Source: an uncultured Thermotogaceae bacterium (lineage in GTDB: Bacteria; Thermotogota; Thermotogae; MWEM01). From it: DNA of 64,000 bases. Positions 37,555-47,900 of this stretch are shown in pieces. The position numbers and the translations under genes were made by a program. The notes under the pieces were generated by a model. That model saw only the letters and a list, made by a program, of their open reading frames with translations. It had not been told where the DNA came from and did no database searches. Positions within the stretch are counted from its first letter, which is position 1, and each line of letters begins with the position of its first letter. The stretch lies in the NCBI GenBank assembly GCA_964403295.1, contig CAYOFT010000002.1:12565-76564 (forward strand), read 5' to 3'.

Positions 37555-39900
37555 TTGAAATCGAAGAGGATTATACTGTTCATACTGACTTTCATTATTT
37601 TATCTAGCCTTTCGTTTGGAATCAACATTGGCTTGGTGGAGATTACTGGGAATGTTACAATTTCCACAGAGGAAATTTTGTCAGTTGTCACAAAATGTCA
37701 TCAAGGGAACGATGTAACCTATGCTGATATTGAGAGAGATATCTTTAACATAAAAGATATGGGATTCTTTCAAGATGTCAAATACACATTAAATGATTAT
37801 AATGAATATTCTCAGACACTTAGTATTAACGTGGTTGAATATCCGATTGTTAGTGAAATAAAACTGAATATCAGCGGTCCGGGATTGGTGTCTAAAAAAA
37901 CGTTGGAAGAGTATATAACCGTCGAAACAGGAAGAGCCCTTAATTATAAAAAACTCATAAGAACACAAAATTCATTAAGAAATCAATACATAATGGCAGG
38001 TTATCAGCTATTGGAGATTAAAAACAACGTTCAGGAATATGAATCAGAAATCTTTCTCCCTAACGGAATTTTGGAAATAGAGATCTGGGAATATGCTTTA
38101 TATGATCTGGTTTTGAAGGGAGATTTTGGTGATATTCAGTATGATGAGGTGAAAGAACTACTTGATTTGAGGTTGTTAAAAGATTACTACGATGATTTTT
38201 TCAAACTCTTCTTGATTAAAAAGAACTATTACCCCTCAAACAGCGAACTACAGATGGCCTTTTCAAGATTATACAACACAGGTTTGATTGGACCTGAAAC
38301 AAGTGTTGATTTCGAAAATCATCCCGAACCGCTTGAAACAGGAGAACATGTAACAAATCTTGTTGTAACCATTCAATTGAATCCGGTAGTTCCAGACAAG
38401 CAACCTTTGAGATCATTAACAATTGAAGGTAATACATTGGTTCCTTCATTTGAGTTGACCGATAACTTAAGATCTGTTAATGATAATTCAATAGATTTAA
38501 TGAATGTCTTAAGGGATGTTCAAAGAATTAAGGCAGTTTATGAAAAAAACGGCTATCCTTTAGTTGTCATCACGCCAAAATATAATAAAACTGAGGAAAG
38601 ACTGACTTTTAAAGTTACTGAAGGAATATTGAAGGATTATCGTATTGAAGGGTTAACAAAAACAAGAGAGGATCTAGTGGTTAGAGAGATTTCATTTGAA
38701 AAGAATAAACCGGTATCCATGCGTGAATTAAGACAGACATACATTAATCTTAACAAAACCGGTTATTTTTCAAGTATAAATCTTGAACCGTTAGGAATTT
38801 CAGCTAATTCTACAGCCGTTACGATTATTGTTAAATTAGAGGAAATGGAAAATAATGTGGAATTTAAAACAAATGTGACTTTTGACCCTAAATATGGTGG
38901 TGAAACTGTCATTCAAAATATTTACGGGAAAATTGGATTGTCTTTGAAAAATCCCATGGGTCAAGGTCAAACGATTGATGTCTCCACTACACTTGGAAAA
39001 TACCCGAACATTAGTTTGGGATATAATGTGAGCAGTGTTTTCCGCTCTCCCATTGATGCAGGAATTAGTGTATCTTATGGTAAAAATTTCAATCAAAGAA
39101 CATTGGAAATTGATGATCCATCTACTGAAACGAATATCGCCACAGTCGTTACATTCGAATCTGAAGATTTCACAATCAGTCCTAATATCAGTTATCGAAT
39201 TGATGATTTTCAAAAGGTAGGTATGGATATCACTTGGGGAAGATTTAAAAACTTTGCATTCAGTACAGATGATGCCAGTTTTACGAATCAAATTGCAAAA
39301 GAAGGAATCAAATTGATCCTTGGGGCTGATTATCGATATGATCGACGTGACGACTTATTCAGTCCCAATGAAGGGTTTGTTTTTAATACAAGGGCGGAAT
39401 GGTCTTTACCATTTCAATTTGTTACGGATCATTGGATTCGTTTAAACGAGTCAATCAGTGGTTTTTATTCCCCTTGGGAAAACCACATTTTTGCTGGACG
39501 ATTTATTTCTGCTCAAATTCCCTGGGAAGATGAAGATGATCCTATTAATTATTCCATTGGCGGGAGTAATAATATTTTTATTCGTGGTATTAATTATCAG
39601 CGTGGGATAAGGGCAAATTACGTCAGTGCCATCAATCTTGAATACCGGTTCAGATTTGTTGATACCAATAACATAGCTATCGAATTTTCTCTTTTCAACG
39701 ATAATGCTATGGGGTGGAATACCTTTAGTGAAATTTCAAATTCAAAATTGTATTCAAGTTTAGGGTTTGGTTTTAGATTCAATATTCCAGGATTTGGCGT
39801 GCTAAGATTAGATGTCCCTTGGGATTTTTCTCCATATCTTGTTACTTCGGAAGGACCTAAATGGGGTGGAATTACTTTTGGATATGGTCAAATGTTCTAA
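37555..39900 (+). CDS. bamA: Outer membrane protein assembly factor BamA (Omp85 family)
   Basis: Signal peptide, repeated POTRA-like modules, C-terminal barrel ending GITFGYGQMF. TTG start 6 nt after AGGAGGGGA. Confidence 0.8.
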   Translation: MKSKRIILFILTFIILSSLSFGINIGLVEITGNVTISTEEILSVVTKCHQGNDVTYADIERDIFNIKDMGFFQDVKYTLNDYNEYSQTLSINVVEYPIVSEIKLNISGPGLVSKKTLEEYITVETGRALNYKKLIRTQNSLRNQYIMAGYQLLEIKNNVQEYESEIFLPNGILEIEIWEYALYDLVLKGDFGDIQYDEVKELLDLRLLKDYYDDFFKLFLIKKNYYPSNSELQMAFSRLYNTGLIGPETSVDFENHPEPLETGEHVTNLVVTIQLNPVVPDKQPLRSLTIEGNTLVPSFELTDNLRSVNDNSIDLMNVLRDVQRIKAVYEKNGYPLVVITPKYNKTEERLTFKVTEGILKDYRIEGLTKTREDLVVREISFEKNKPVSMRELRQTYINLNKTGYFSSINLEPLGISANSTAVTIIVKLEEMENNVEFKTNVTFDPKYGGETVIQNIYGKIGLSLKNPMGQGQTIDVSTTLGKYPNISLGYNVSSVFRSPIDAGISVSYGKNFNQRTLEIDDPSTETNIATVVTFESEDFTISPNISYRIDDFQKVGMDITWGRFKNFAFSTDDASFTNQIAKEGIKLILGADYRYDRRDDLFSPNEGFVFNTRAEWSLPFQFVTDHWIRLNESISGFYSPWENHIFAGRFISAQIPWEDEDDPINYSIGGSNNIFIRGINYQRGIRANYVSAINLEYRFRFVDTNNIAIEFSLFNDNAMGWNTFSEISNSKLYSSLGFGFRFNIPGFGVLRLDVPWDFSPYLVTSEGPKWGGITFGYGQMF

Positions 39901-41134
39901 TAAAATTGATTGTGAATACATTCAAAGAGCCGGCTGGAGTCGGCTCTTTTTACTGATTATTTTCACAGTTCTTTTTTTATCATCACTTTATAGCCAGGCA
40001 ATCCCTTGGTCGTTGGAAAATGATTTTATATGCTATTTTAACGCTCCTCTCGATTGGAATAAAGGCTTTAGCAATATGGAGGATATTCAGGAGTACATAG
40101 TCAATAATCAGTTGAATAAAAGGAATCAGGAATTTATCCTTGAACTTTCAGTAATACATAATTGTGATGTGGAAATTATACAAAAACTCTTCCGATCAAG
40201 AATTGTCGTCATAGGAAATGAGAAGGATAAAGACTTTTTTTACAACATAGAGGCTTATTTATTTGATATTGAAGTACTCTATTCCATTATGTATAAAGGG
40301 TTAAATGAAGGGATTTTAGTAGTTGAACGATATGATGGATTGGAAGAACTGCTGGAGATTATTTCAGATTTTGATGTTGAGATAATTCAACAAGGGAATT
40401 ATTTGTTAACTTCAAAAAATAATGACAATTTGGTTGAATATCAGAATAATATCATGAATAGGAATGAATTTTCTGAAGATATCTTGATATACGCTGAAAC
40501 ACAGGAAAAAAACCTCACTTTAACGAATGCTTTTTCGTTTATAAATATTGAGACTAAAACTTTAAATCCAATTCAGGAAATTCCTCAATTTCCAATTCAA
40601 ATACTTGAAATCCCCATAGAAAGTACAAATCTCGAGAGTCTTTTTGTTTTCTCAAATCAAAAAACAAAAGATTATTTTTACAACTATTTTGAAGTTATTT
40701 CTTCTCCTGATGAGTGGAAAATCATTTATGATCTATTGAATACAATATGTGTTTATGGCTTCTTTTACCAATTTGACAATCAATGGCTTTTAGGTTTTCA
40801 ATCACAAAATCCCTTTTATGAGAATGTTTCTTTTAACAATCAAATTAAAAAATGGGGTATAACTAAGACAGATACAGTTAAACCATATGCCAATGAATAT
40901 TATTTGACAGTTGTAGATGATTACTTTATGATTTCAAATTTCAAACCCGATATAGCGCTTGAAAGTATCAAAAAGAATGAAATGCAAGAAATGATGTTGG
41001 AAATTCAAGACAAAATTGGCAAAAGAGTCGTTTATGAAGTTGGTTTTGAATTTAACGAAGTATTTGATGTTACTGTTTATTTCTTTTCTACTTTTGATGA
41101 TAGAATAAACAGGCAAGTTATTAGAATTTTTTAA
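39884..41134 (+). CDS. Hypothetical exported protein, no recognisable domain
   Basis: ATG at 39884 is the first ATG in frame. Hydrophobic RLFLLIIFTVLFLSSLYSQA segment; 416 aa ending VIRIF. The upstream part of the track ORF overlaps bamA and is discounted. Confidence 0.55.
   Translation: MVKCSNKIDCEYIQRAGWSRLFLLIIFTVLFLSSLYSQAIPWSLENDFICYFNAPLDWNKGFSNMEDIQEYIVNNQLNKRNQEFILELSVIHNCDVEIIQKLFRSRIVVIGNEKDKDFFYNIEAYLFDIEVLYSIMYKGLNEGILVVERYDGLEELLEIISDFDVEIIQQGNYLLTSKNNDNLVEYQNNIMNRNEFSEDILIYAETQEKNLTLTNAFSFINIETKTLNPIQEIPQFPIQILEIPIESTNLESLFVFSNQKTKDYFYNYFEVISSPDEWKIIYDLLNTICVYGFFYQFDNQWLLGFQSQNPFYENVSFNNQIKKWGITKTDTVKPYANEYYLTVVDDYFMISNFKPDIALESIKKNEMQEMMLEIQDKIGKRVVYEVGFEFNEVFDVTVYFFSTFDDRINRQVIRIF
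39926..39951 (+). terminator. Terminator-like hairpin just after the bamA stop, inside the 5' end of the next ORF
   Basis: AGAGCCG-GCTGGAGT-CGGCTCT followed by TTTTT. It codes for RAGWSRLF of the next protein. Confidence 0.35.
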
Positions 41135-41155
41135 AAAAAGGGGTTGTTTATCAAA

Positions 41156-43786
41156 ATGAATTTCTTTACCAAACTTTTTGATAAAAATGAGAGAATAATC
41201 AAAAAATATACACAGTTAACCAAATATGTATCGGATTACGAAGAAAGATTTGCAAAGGAAAAAACCTATGAACTTCAAAGTAGGGTTGAAGAATTGAAAA
41301 AATCATTGAATGATTCACAAATCTCTCATGAGGAGACAAGAACTGAAATTTTTGCAATTGTCAGAGAAATAGCCAAGCGTACAATTGGGTTAAGACCATT
41401 TGATGTTCAGATTATTGGTGCTATCACATTGGATAATGGTGAAGTTGCTGAAATGAAAACAGGGGAAGGGAAAACGCTGGTTGCCACAATGCCGGTAACT
41501 TTAAATGCTTTGTACCAAAAAGGTGTTCACATGGTGACAGTTAATGATTATCTGGCTAGAAGGGATGCATTGTGGATGGCACCCATATACCTTTCTCTAG
41601 GATTAAGTGTTGGAGTAATCAATAATCAAACAGTCACTTACCAAGTTGTCTGGGAAAATGAAGAAAAGGCAAAAGAAGCAATAAAAAATGATCATTCCAT
41701 ATGGCCTAAAGATCTTGATGTAGAAGTACCCAGTCAAGAACAACTAAATTCTACGGCAATGCAAGCCTTTACTACAAAACTAGTAGAAATTGATCGTAAA
41801 GATGTCTATAAACTTGATATTGTTTACGGGACAAATAACGAATTTGGCTTTGATTATTTGCGAGATAATCTAGTTTACAATGTGGATGCAAAATCTCAGC
41901 CTACTCACTTTTACGCAATAATTGATGAAGTAGACAGCATTTTAATTGATGAAGCAAGAACCCCTTTGATCATATCAGGACCCAGTCAGGGTTCTGAAGT
42001 GATTTATTCAAAGTTTTCAAAAATGATCAGTAAATTTCAGAAGGATGAAGATTTTGAGTTAGACGAAAAAAGCAGGACTTGCACTTTGACAGACAAAGGC
42101 ATTTTGAAAGCTGAAAAATTATTAGGAATAGATAATCTCTATGATCCTTCCAATATTGATAACTTGTATCATATCAACAACGCGCTTATTGCCCATTATT
42201 TATATAAAAATGAAGTAGATTATATTGTTACTGAGGATTCTGAATTAATCATTGTAGACAGTTTTACCGGAAGGTTAATGCCAGGAAGACGTTTTAGCGG
42301 AGGTTTACATCAAGCTCTTGAGGCAAAGGAAAATGTTAAAGTGCGTGAAGAATCAGTCACTTATGCCAGTATCACTTTTCAGAATTTCTTTAGAATGTAT
42401 GATAAACTTGCTGGGATGACAGGAACGGCAAAGACAGAAGAGGAAGAATTTGAACAAATATATCATATGGATGTATTGGTGATACCCACCAACAAACCGG
42501 TTATCAGAAAAGACAACGATGACGAAATTTATAGAACCATTGAAGAAAAATACCAGTCAATTATTAAGGAAATAAAGTCATGTTACGATAAAGGGCAACC
42601 CATTTTAGTGGGAACAACGTCTATTGAAAAAAGTGAATTAATCAGCCATGCTCTGAACAAGTTGAGCTTACCACATGAAGTATTGAATGCTAAATATCAT
42701 GAAAGAGAAGCAGAAATAATCGCTCGTGCAGGAGAACAAGCCGCTATTACCATCGCTACAAACATGGCTGGAAGAGGAACGGATATCAAATTAGCACCTG
42801 GAGTTACAGAAAAAGGCGGATTATACGTTCTTGGAACGGAAAGGCACGAAGCCAGAAGAATAGATAATCAATTGAGAGGTCGAAGCGGTAGACAAGGTGA
42901 CCCTGGTCAGTCCAAATTTTTCCTTTCAGTTGAAGATGATTTGGTGCGAGTATTTGGTGGTGAAAGAATCGGAAAAATTATGGATGCCTTGAAACTTGAT
43001 GAAGGAGAACCTATTCATCATCCAATGCTGACAAATTTGATTGAAAAAGCACAGAAAAAGGTTGAAGGAATGCATTTTGCAATGCGTAAATACTTACTGG
43101 AATTAGATACGATAATGGATTCTCAGAGAAAGGCGATTTACGAACATCGTGATTGGATACTTGAAGAAGGAGACATTTCCAATCATTTGAAGGAAATTTA
43201 TGAAGATGTTGTTGAAAGAAGGGTAGCTAGTTTTACCGAAGGTAACGATTGGGACATGGAAGGGCTAAAAAAGTCTTTCAGAATTTTCTATGTAGATACC
43301 GAATTTTTAAAATTAGAAAAATACAATACAGTTGAAGCGCTTCAAGAAGATTGCTTCAATCTGTTATATCAAGCATATTTAAACAAAAAGGAAGAAATTG
43401 GTGAAGAATTTTCGGGTTTACAAAAATTCTTGCTCCTTAGAATTGTTGATGAAAGATGGCGGAAACATCTTGAATCAATAGAAAGGGTAAAAGAAGGCAT
43501 CAACTTAAGGGCTTTTGGCCAAAAAGACCCAAAAATGGAATTTAAAAAAGAGGCACATAGATTATTTGACGAAATGATTGATTCCATATATGATGATATG
43601 GCTTCTATGCTACTCAGACTGGCAAAGGCAAACACAGAAAAAGCTTCACAAGAAGCTCAAAAAGAAATTGATTCCTTACAATATACACATGATGAAATTG
43701 ATACATTTAACAGAAAAAAAAGGCGAAAGTTATCACACTCCGCACAGGCGAGTACTAAGAAGAAACGATTTAAAGTTAAACGTTGA
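41156..43786 (+). CDS. secA: Preprotein translocase ATPase SecA
   Basis: MKTGEGKTLVA, DEVDSILIDEARTPLIISG, TNMAGRGTDIKL, RGRSGRQGDPG. Confidence 0.95.
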   Translation: MNFFTKLFDKNERIIKKYTQLTKYVSDYEERFAKEKTYELQSRVEELKKSLNDSQISHEETRTEIFAIVREIAKRTIGLRPFDVQIIGAITLDNGEVAEMKTGEGKTLVATMPVTLNALYQKGVHMVTVNDYLARRDALWMAPIYLSLGLSVGVINNQTVTYQVVWENEEKAKEAIKNDHSIWPKDLDVEVPSQEQLNSTAMQAFTTKLVEIDRKDVYKLDIVYGTNNEFGFDYLRDNLVYNVDAKSQPTHFYAIIDEVDSILIDEARTPLIISGPSQGSEVIYSKFSKMISKFQKDEDFELDEKSRTCTLTDKGILKAEKLLGIDNLYDPSNIDNLYHINNALIAHYLYKNEVDYIVTEDSELIIVDSFTGRLMPGRRFSGGLHQALEAKENVKVREESVTYASITFQNFFRMYDKLAGMTGTAKTEEEEFEQIYHMDVLVIPTNKPVIRKDNDDEIYRTIEEKYQSIIKEIKSCYDKGQPILVGTTSIEKSELISHALNKLSLPHEVLNAKYHEREAEIIARAGEQAAITIATNMAGRGTDIKLAPGVTEKGGLYVLGTERHEARRIDNQLRGRSGRQGDPGQSKFFLSVEDDLVRVFGGERIGKIMDALKLDEGEPIHHPMLTNLIEKAQKKVEGMHFAMRKYLLELDTIMDSQRKAIYEHRDWILEEGDISNHLKEIYEDVVERRVASFTEGNDWDMEGLKKSFRIFYVDTEFLKLEKYNTVEALQEDCFNLLYQAYLNKKEEIGEEFSGLQKFLLLRIVDERWRKHLESIERVKEGINLRAFGQKDPKMEFKKEAHRLFDEMIDSIYDDMASMLLRLAKANTEKASQEAQKEIDSLQYTHDEIDTFNRKKRRKLSHSAQASTKKKRFKVKR

Positions 43787-43795
43787 GGTGAAATA

Positions 43796-44902
43796 ATGCT
43801 GGTATATGAAGATAAACAAACTTTTTCTGAATTAAAACAGAAATTTGAAGAAACTTCGAAAGTTTTTAATTTAGATACTGCACAAAAAAAAATGGAAGAG
43901 CTTGAAAAAGAGATGGGTAAAAGTAATTTTTGGAATGATCCGGAGAATGCGGCCGAGGTTCTTAAAGATGCCAAAATCATCAGAAATCAAATTGATGAAA
44001 TTAAAAAAATAAACAATACTTTTGAAGATGCAGAAGTTGCCCTTGAATTTGCAGAAGAAGATGAAGGTATGGAAGAGAACTTTTTAGCATTGTTATCAAA
44101 AATAAAAAAACTTGTCCGTTCCTTTGAACTATCCATGTTGTTAAACGGTAAATTCGATATGAATAATGCCTTTATTACCATACATGCAGGCGCAGGCGGT
44201 ACTGAATCACAAGATTGGGCACAGATGTTGATGAGAATGTATTTACGTTGGGCTGAAAGAAGAGAATTTTCAACAGAAATAATTGAAACACAACCTGGAG
44301 ATGAAGCTGGCATAAAAGGCGTTACTCTTCTGGTTAAAGGTGAGTACGCTTATGGCTATTTAAGGTATGAACAGGGTATTCATCGGTTAGTAAGAATTTC
44401 TCCATTTGATTCAAATAGCAGAAGACACACATCTTTTGCATCTGTTAGTATTTTTCCTGAAATAGATGATAATATAACAGTAGAGATAAATCCTGATGAT
44501 TTACGAATTGATCTCTACAGAGCTTCTGGTGCCGGTGGTCAACATGTCAATCGGACTGAATCAGCTGTCAGGATTACCCATCTACCAACCAATATTGTAG
44601 TTACTTGTCAGTCTCAGAGAAATCAACATCAAAATAAAGACACTGCAATGAAAATGTTGATGTCAAAGTTATATCAACTTGAATATGAAAAACAAAGGCA
44701 GGATGCCGATGACATTCAAGGAGAGTTAAACGATGTTTCTTGGGGAAATCAAATACGTTCTTACGTATTTCATCCTTACAGAATGGTAAAAGACCTCCGC
44801 ACCACTACAGAAACCGGTAATACGGATGCTGTTATGGATGGAGACATTGATGACTTTATTGAACAAGAATTGGTTTATTTTTCAAAACAAAAAAGGGATT
44901 AA
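43796..44902 (+). CDS. prfB: Peptide chain release factor 2 (single uninterrupted frame)
   Basis: SPF tripeptide (RISPFDS) and GGQ (SGAGGQHVN). N-terminus aligns through the usual frameshift site without a stop. Confidence 0.9.
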   Translation: MLVYEDKQTFSELKQKFEETSKVFNLDTAQKKMEELEKEMGKSNFWNDPENAAEVLKDAKIIRNQIDEIKKINNTFEDAEVALEFAEEDEGMEENFLALLSKIKKLVRSFELSMLLNGKFDMNNAFITIHAGAGGTESQDWAQMLMRMYLRWAERREFSTEIIETQPGDEAGIKGVTLLVKGEYAYGYLRYEQGIHRLVRISPFDSNSRRHTSFASVSIFPEIDDNITVEINPDDLRIDLYRASGAGGQHVNRTESAVRITHLPTNIVVTCQSQRNQHQNKDTAMKMLMSKLYQLEYEKQRQDADDIQGELNDVSWGNQIRSYVFHPYRMVKDLRTTTETGNTDAVMDGDIDDFIEQELVYFSKQKRD

Positions 44903-47900
44903 ATGATGATATTAATGTCGTTTTGGCTGGTCTTAGCTCTTTTTTTAGATCAGTTTTCAAAAAAAATTATTGTAGAACTCGTTTCGACAGGAGAAACCAT
45001 AGAGGTGTTTGGCAATAATTTGATGATAACCAATGTGGGAAATACAGGTATTTCATTTGGGATGTTTCAAGGCTATACGCATATTCTCATTCCACTTGTT
45101 TTTATCATAATCATAATGGTTTTTATCGTTTCATTAAAATTTGTCAGACAATCTCCCTGGTTGGCTTTTGCGTTTGGTGCCATTATTGGTGGTGCTTTGG
45201 GAAATCAAATTGACAGGCTCTTTAAAGGTGCCGTTGTTGATTTTATTTATGTTAATGGGTTTGCAGTATTCAATGTTTCTGATTCTTTTGTTGTTGTTGG
45301 TGCATTTATACTAGGTATACACACCATATTTGCAGCTGAAAATAAAGAAAGCAACTCTTTGGACCAAAGTATTCAAATACCATACAGAATTTCAAATTTG
45401 ATTAATTCCGGTAAGTTCGATTATTTTGGTAGAATCGGTAGAGTAAAAGAGGAACTAATTAAATGGTTTCTAAATGATAAAATTGATACTGTGATTCTAA
45501 GCAAAGAAACAGATAAAGATTTTTTGTCAATACTTACAAATAGTGGTTTACAAAAAGACAAAAAACCGGTTATTCTGATTCAAGACTTGGAGGATAAGGA
45601 TAAAGAAATTAATCTGATAACAAAAGATGAGCATCAAAATAATATAGATGTTTATTATTTATCATCTGTTAAACGATGGAATAAAACCAAGATTATTTTT
45701 GAAAATGAACGCCAATATAAAACGAAATCAATTTACAATCCCATATTAAACGGTAATATTAGGAAAAAATCAAAAAAACCTATTCTGAAATTAATGTTTA
45801 TTTATAAGAATAATGAAAATACATTCAAAAAAGAGTTGGAAGGGAGACCTGCGATGATGACAAATAACGACTTTATTCTTGAAATTGTGACTGAAGAAAT
45901 TCCCCCTACAGAAATATCAGAATTGCAAGAACAATTCGAAAAAGGTTTTTCTGAGTTCCTTCATAACTTAAGGATAAAGCATGGCCAAATGAAATTTTTC
46001 TATGCGGCAAGACGCTTTGGAATTTATGTTAAAGAAATAGCGTTAATACAAGACGATCTTGAAGAAGTTAAAAGAGGACCCGCTAAAAAAATTGCGTTCG
46101 ATGCAGAAGGGAATCCTTCAAAAGCTTTAATAGGTTTTTTAAAGGGGAATAATGCCTCAAAAGATGATGTGATCATTAAAGAAGATAATGCTAACGAATA
46201 TTGTTATATTAAAAGAATTGTTAAGGGGAAAGGCACAAAAGAAGTTCTTCAGAATAACCTTTCTCAATTTTTAGGAAATCTGAATTTTAAAAAATCTATG
46301 AGATGGGCTGATGGTAGTTTAAGGTTTGTTAGACCAATCCATAATATATTATCTATCTTAGCAGGAGAGTTAGTTGAATTTAGTTTTATGGGTGTTCAAT
46401 CAAAAAAAGTAACTCTTGCTCACAGATTTAAAGAAAACGCTGTTGAGATTCAATCTGCTGGAGTTTATTTTGAAAAAATGATTGAAAACAATGTTTACGC
46501 AGATCAGAATCAAAGAAAAGAAAAGATTAAAACCGAAATACGGGAATTGGAGAAAGAAAAAGATATCAAAATACCAAATGATGAAGAATTGCTTGAGGAA
46601 ATCACAGCCATCACCGAATATCCGAATGCCGTTTTAGGACAATTTGATGACAGATTCTTAAAATTACCAAAAGAAGTTTTAATTACCACATTAAAACATC
46701 ATCAAAGAACATTTCCCGTTATAAAGGATCAACAGATCATTGCATATTTTCTTTCTTTTCAAGACAATGAAGAACGTTCCCATGAAAATGTTAAAACAGG
46801 TTATCGAAAAGTAATTGAAGCCAGACTGGAAGATGCACTATTCTATTTTCATGAGGATATGAAAAAACCATTTTCTCAGCGGATTGAAGATCTTAAGGAA
46901 ATAGGATTTCAAAATAACCTTGGATCACTTTATGAGAAAGTTTTAAGGATAAATAAACTTTCACAAGAAATTTGTACCATCTTTAAGTTTGAAAATGAAA
47001 TCATTGAAAACGTTCAAAAAACCACTTTATTAATGAAAAATGATTTAACAACACAAATGGTTTATGAATTTCCTGAACTTCAAGGTATTATGGGTAGAAT
47101 ATATGCCAAAATCTCAGGAGAGACCCATGCAGTGTATCAGTCAATTGAAGAGCAATATTCCGAAACGGTTCCTGAGACACTATGTGGTTGTATAACAACG
47201 CTATCTGATAATTTAGATACAATTGCTGGAAATCTCTTAATCAATAACATCCCAAGTGGTTCCAAAGATCCTTTTGGCTTAAGAAGAGCACTTACTAAAT
47301 GTTTGAATATTATTATTTCAATGGAATGGGATATCAACTTACTTGAATTATTTGATTTTGCGCTTGACCTTTATGATTTTGATATAGAACCAAGTAAAAA
47401 GGCAATTATATCAGAACTATTTCTTGATTTATTGAAAAATCGAATAGAGTTTTATTTAAATGAAAAAAAGATACCCTATGATGTGATTAATGCGACGATA
47501 CATCTTGGAAATAATCCAATTCGATGTGTACTTGCAGCAAAGAGCTTATCAGAAATAAAAAAAGAAAGTGATTTTATTGATCTCACCAGAATATTTGAAA
47601 GAGTTCATAATATCAGCAAAAATCATACATCAAATTACTACGATTCTAGACTATTTGAACACGAAGAAGAAAAAAAATTAGAGGAAAAGTTTAACGATAT
47701 AAGAGATGAAGTTAATAGAGCGCTTATGCGATTTGATTATAAAACAGCTTTAGAAAAAGTTAAAGATTTGAGAATAACGGTAGATGAGTATTTTGATAAT
47801 GTTTTTGTAATGTCGGAAAGAGAGGATTTAAAGCTAACGAGATTGGGTTTTCTTAAAACATTGGACGATTTCTTGCTAAACATGGGTAATTTTGGTGAAA

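Noticed and set aside
38836-39291. 151-aa minus-strand ORF antisense to bamA
   Set aside because: It is embedded in the BamA barrel-coding region, with no SD and no recognisable motif. It is most simply a chance antisense frame.
39812-39883. Upstream extension of the post-bamA ORF as given in the track
   Set aside because: The extension lies entirely inside the bamA coding end in another frame. The first ATG (39884) gives a sensible hydrophobic N-terminus.
43796-44902. Programmed +1 frameshift in prfB
   Set aside because: I looked for the usual in-frame TGA near codon 25. The N-terminus (…SKVFNLDTAQKKMEELE…) reads straight through in one frame, so this RF2 gene is not autoregulated by frameshifting.
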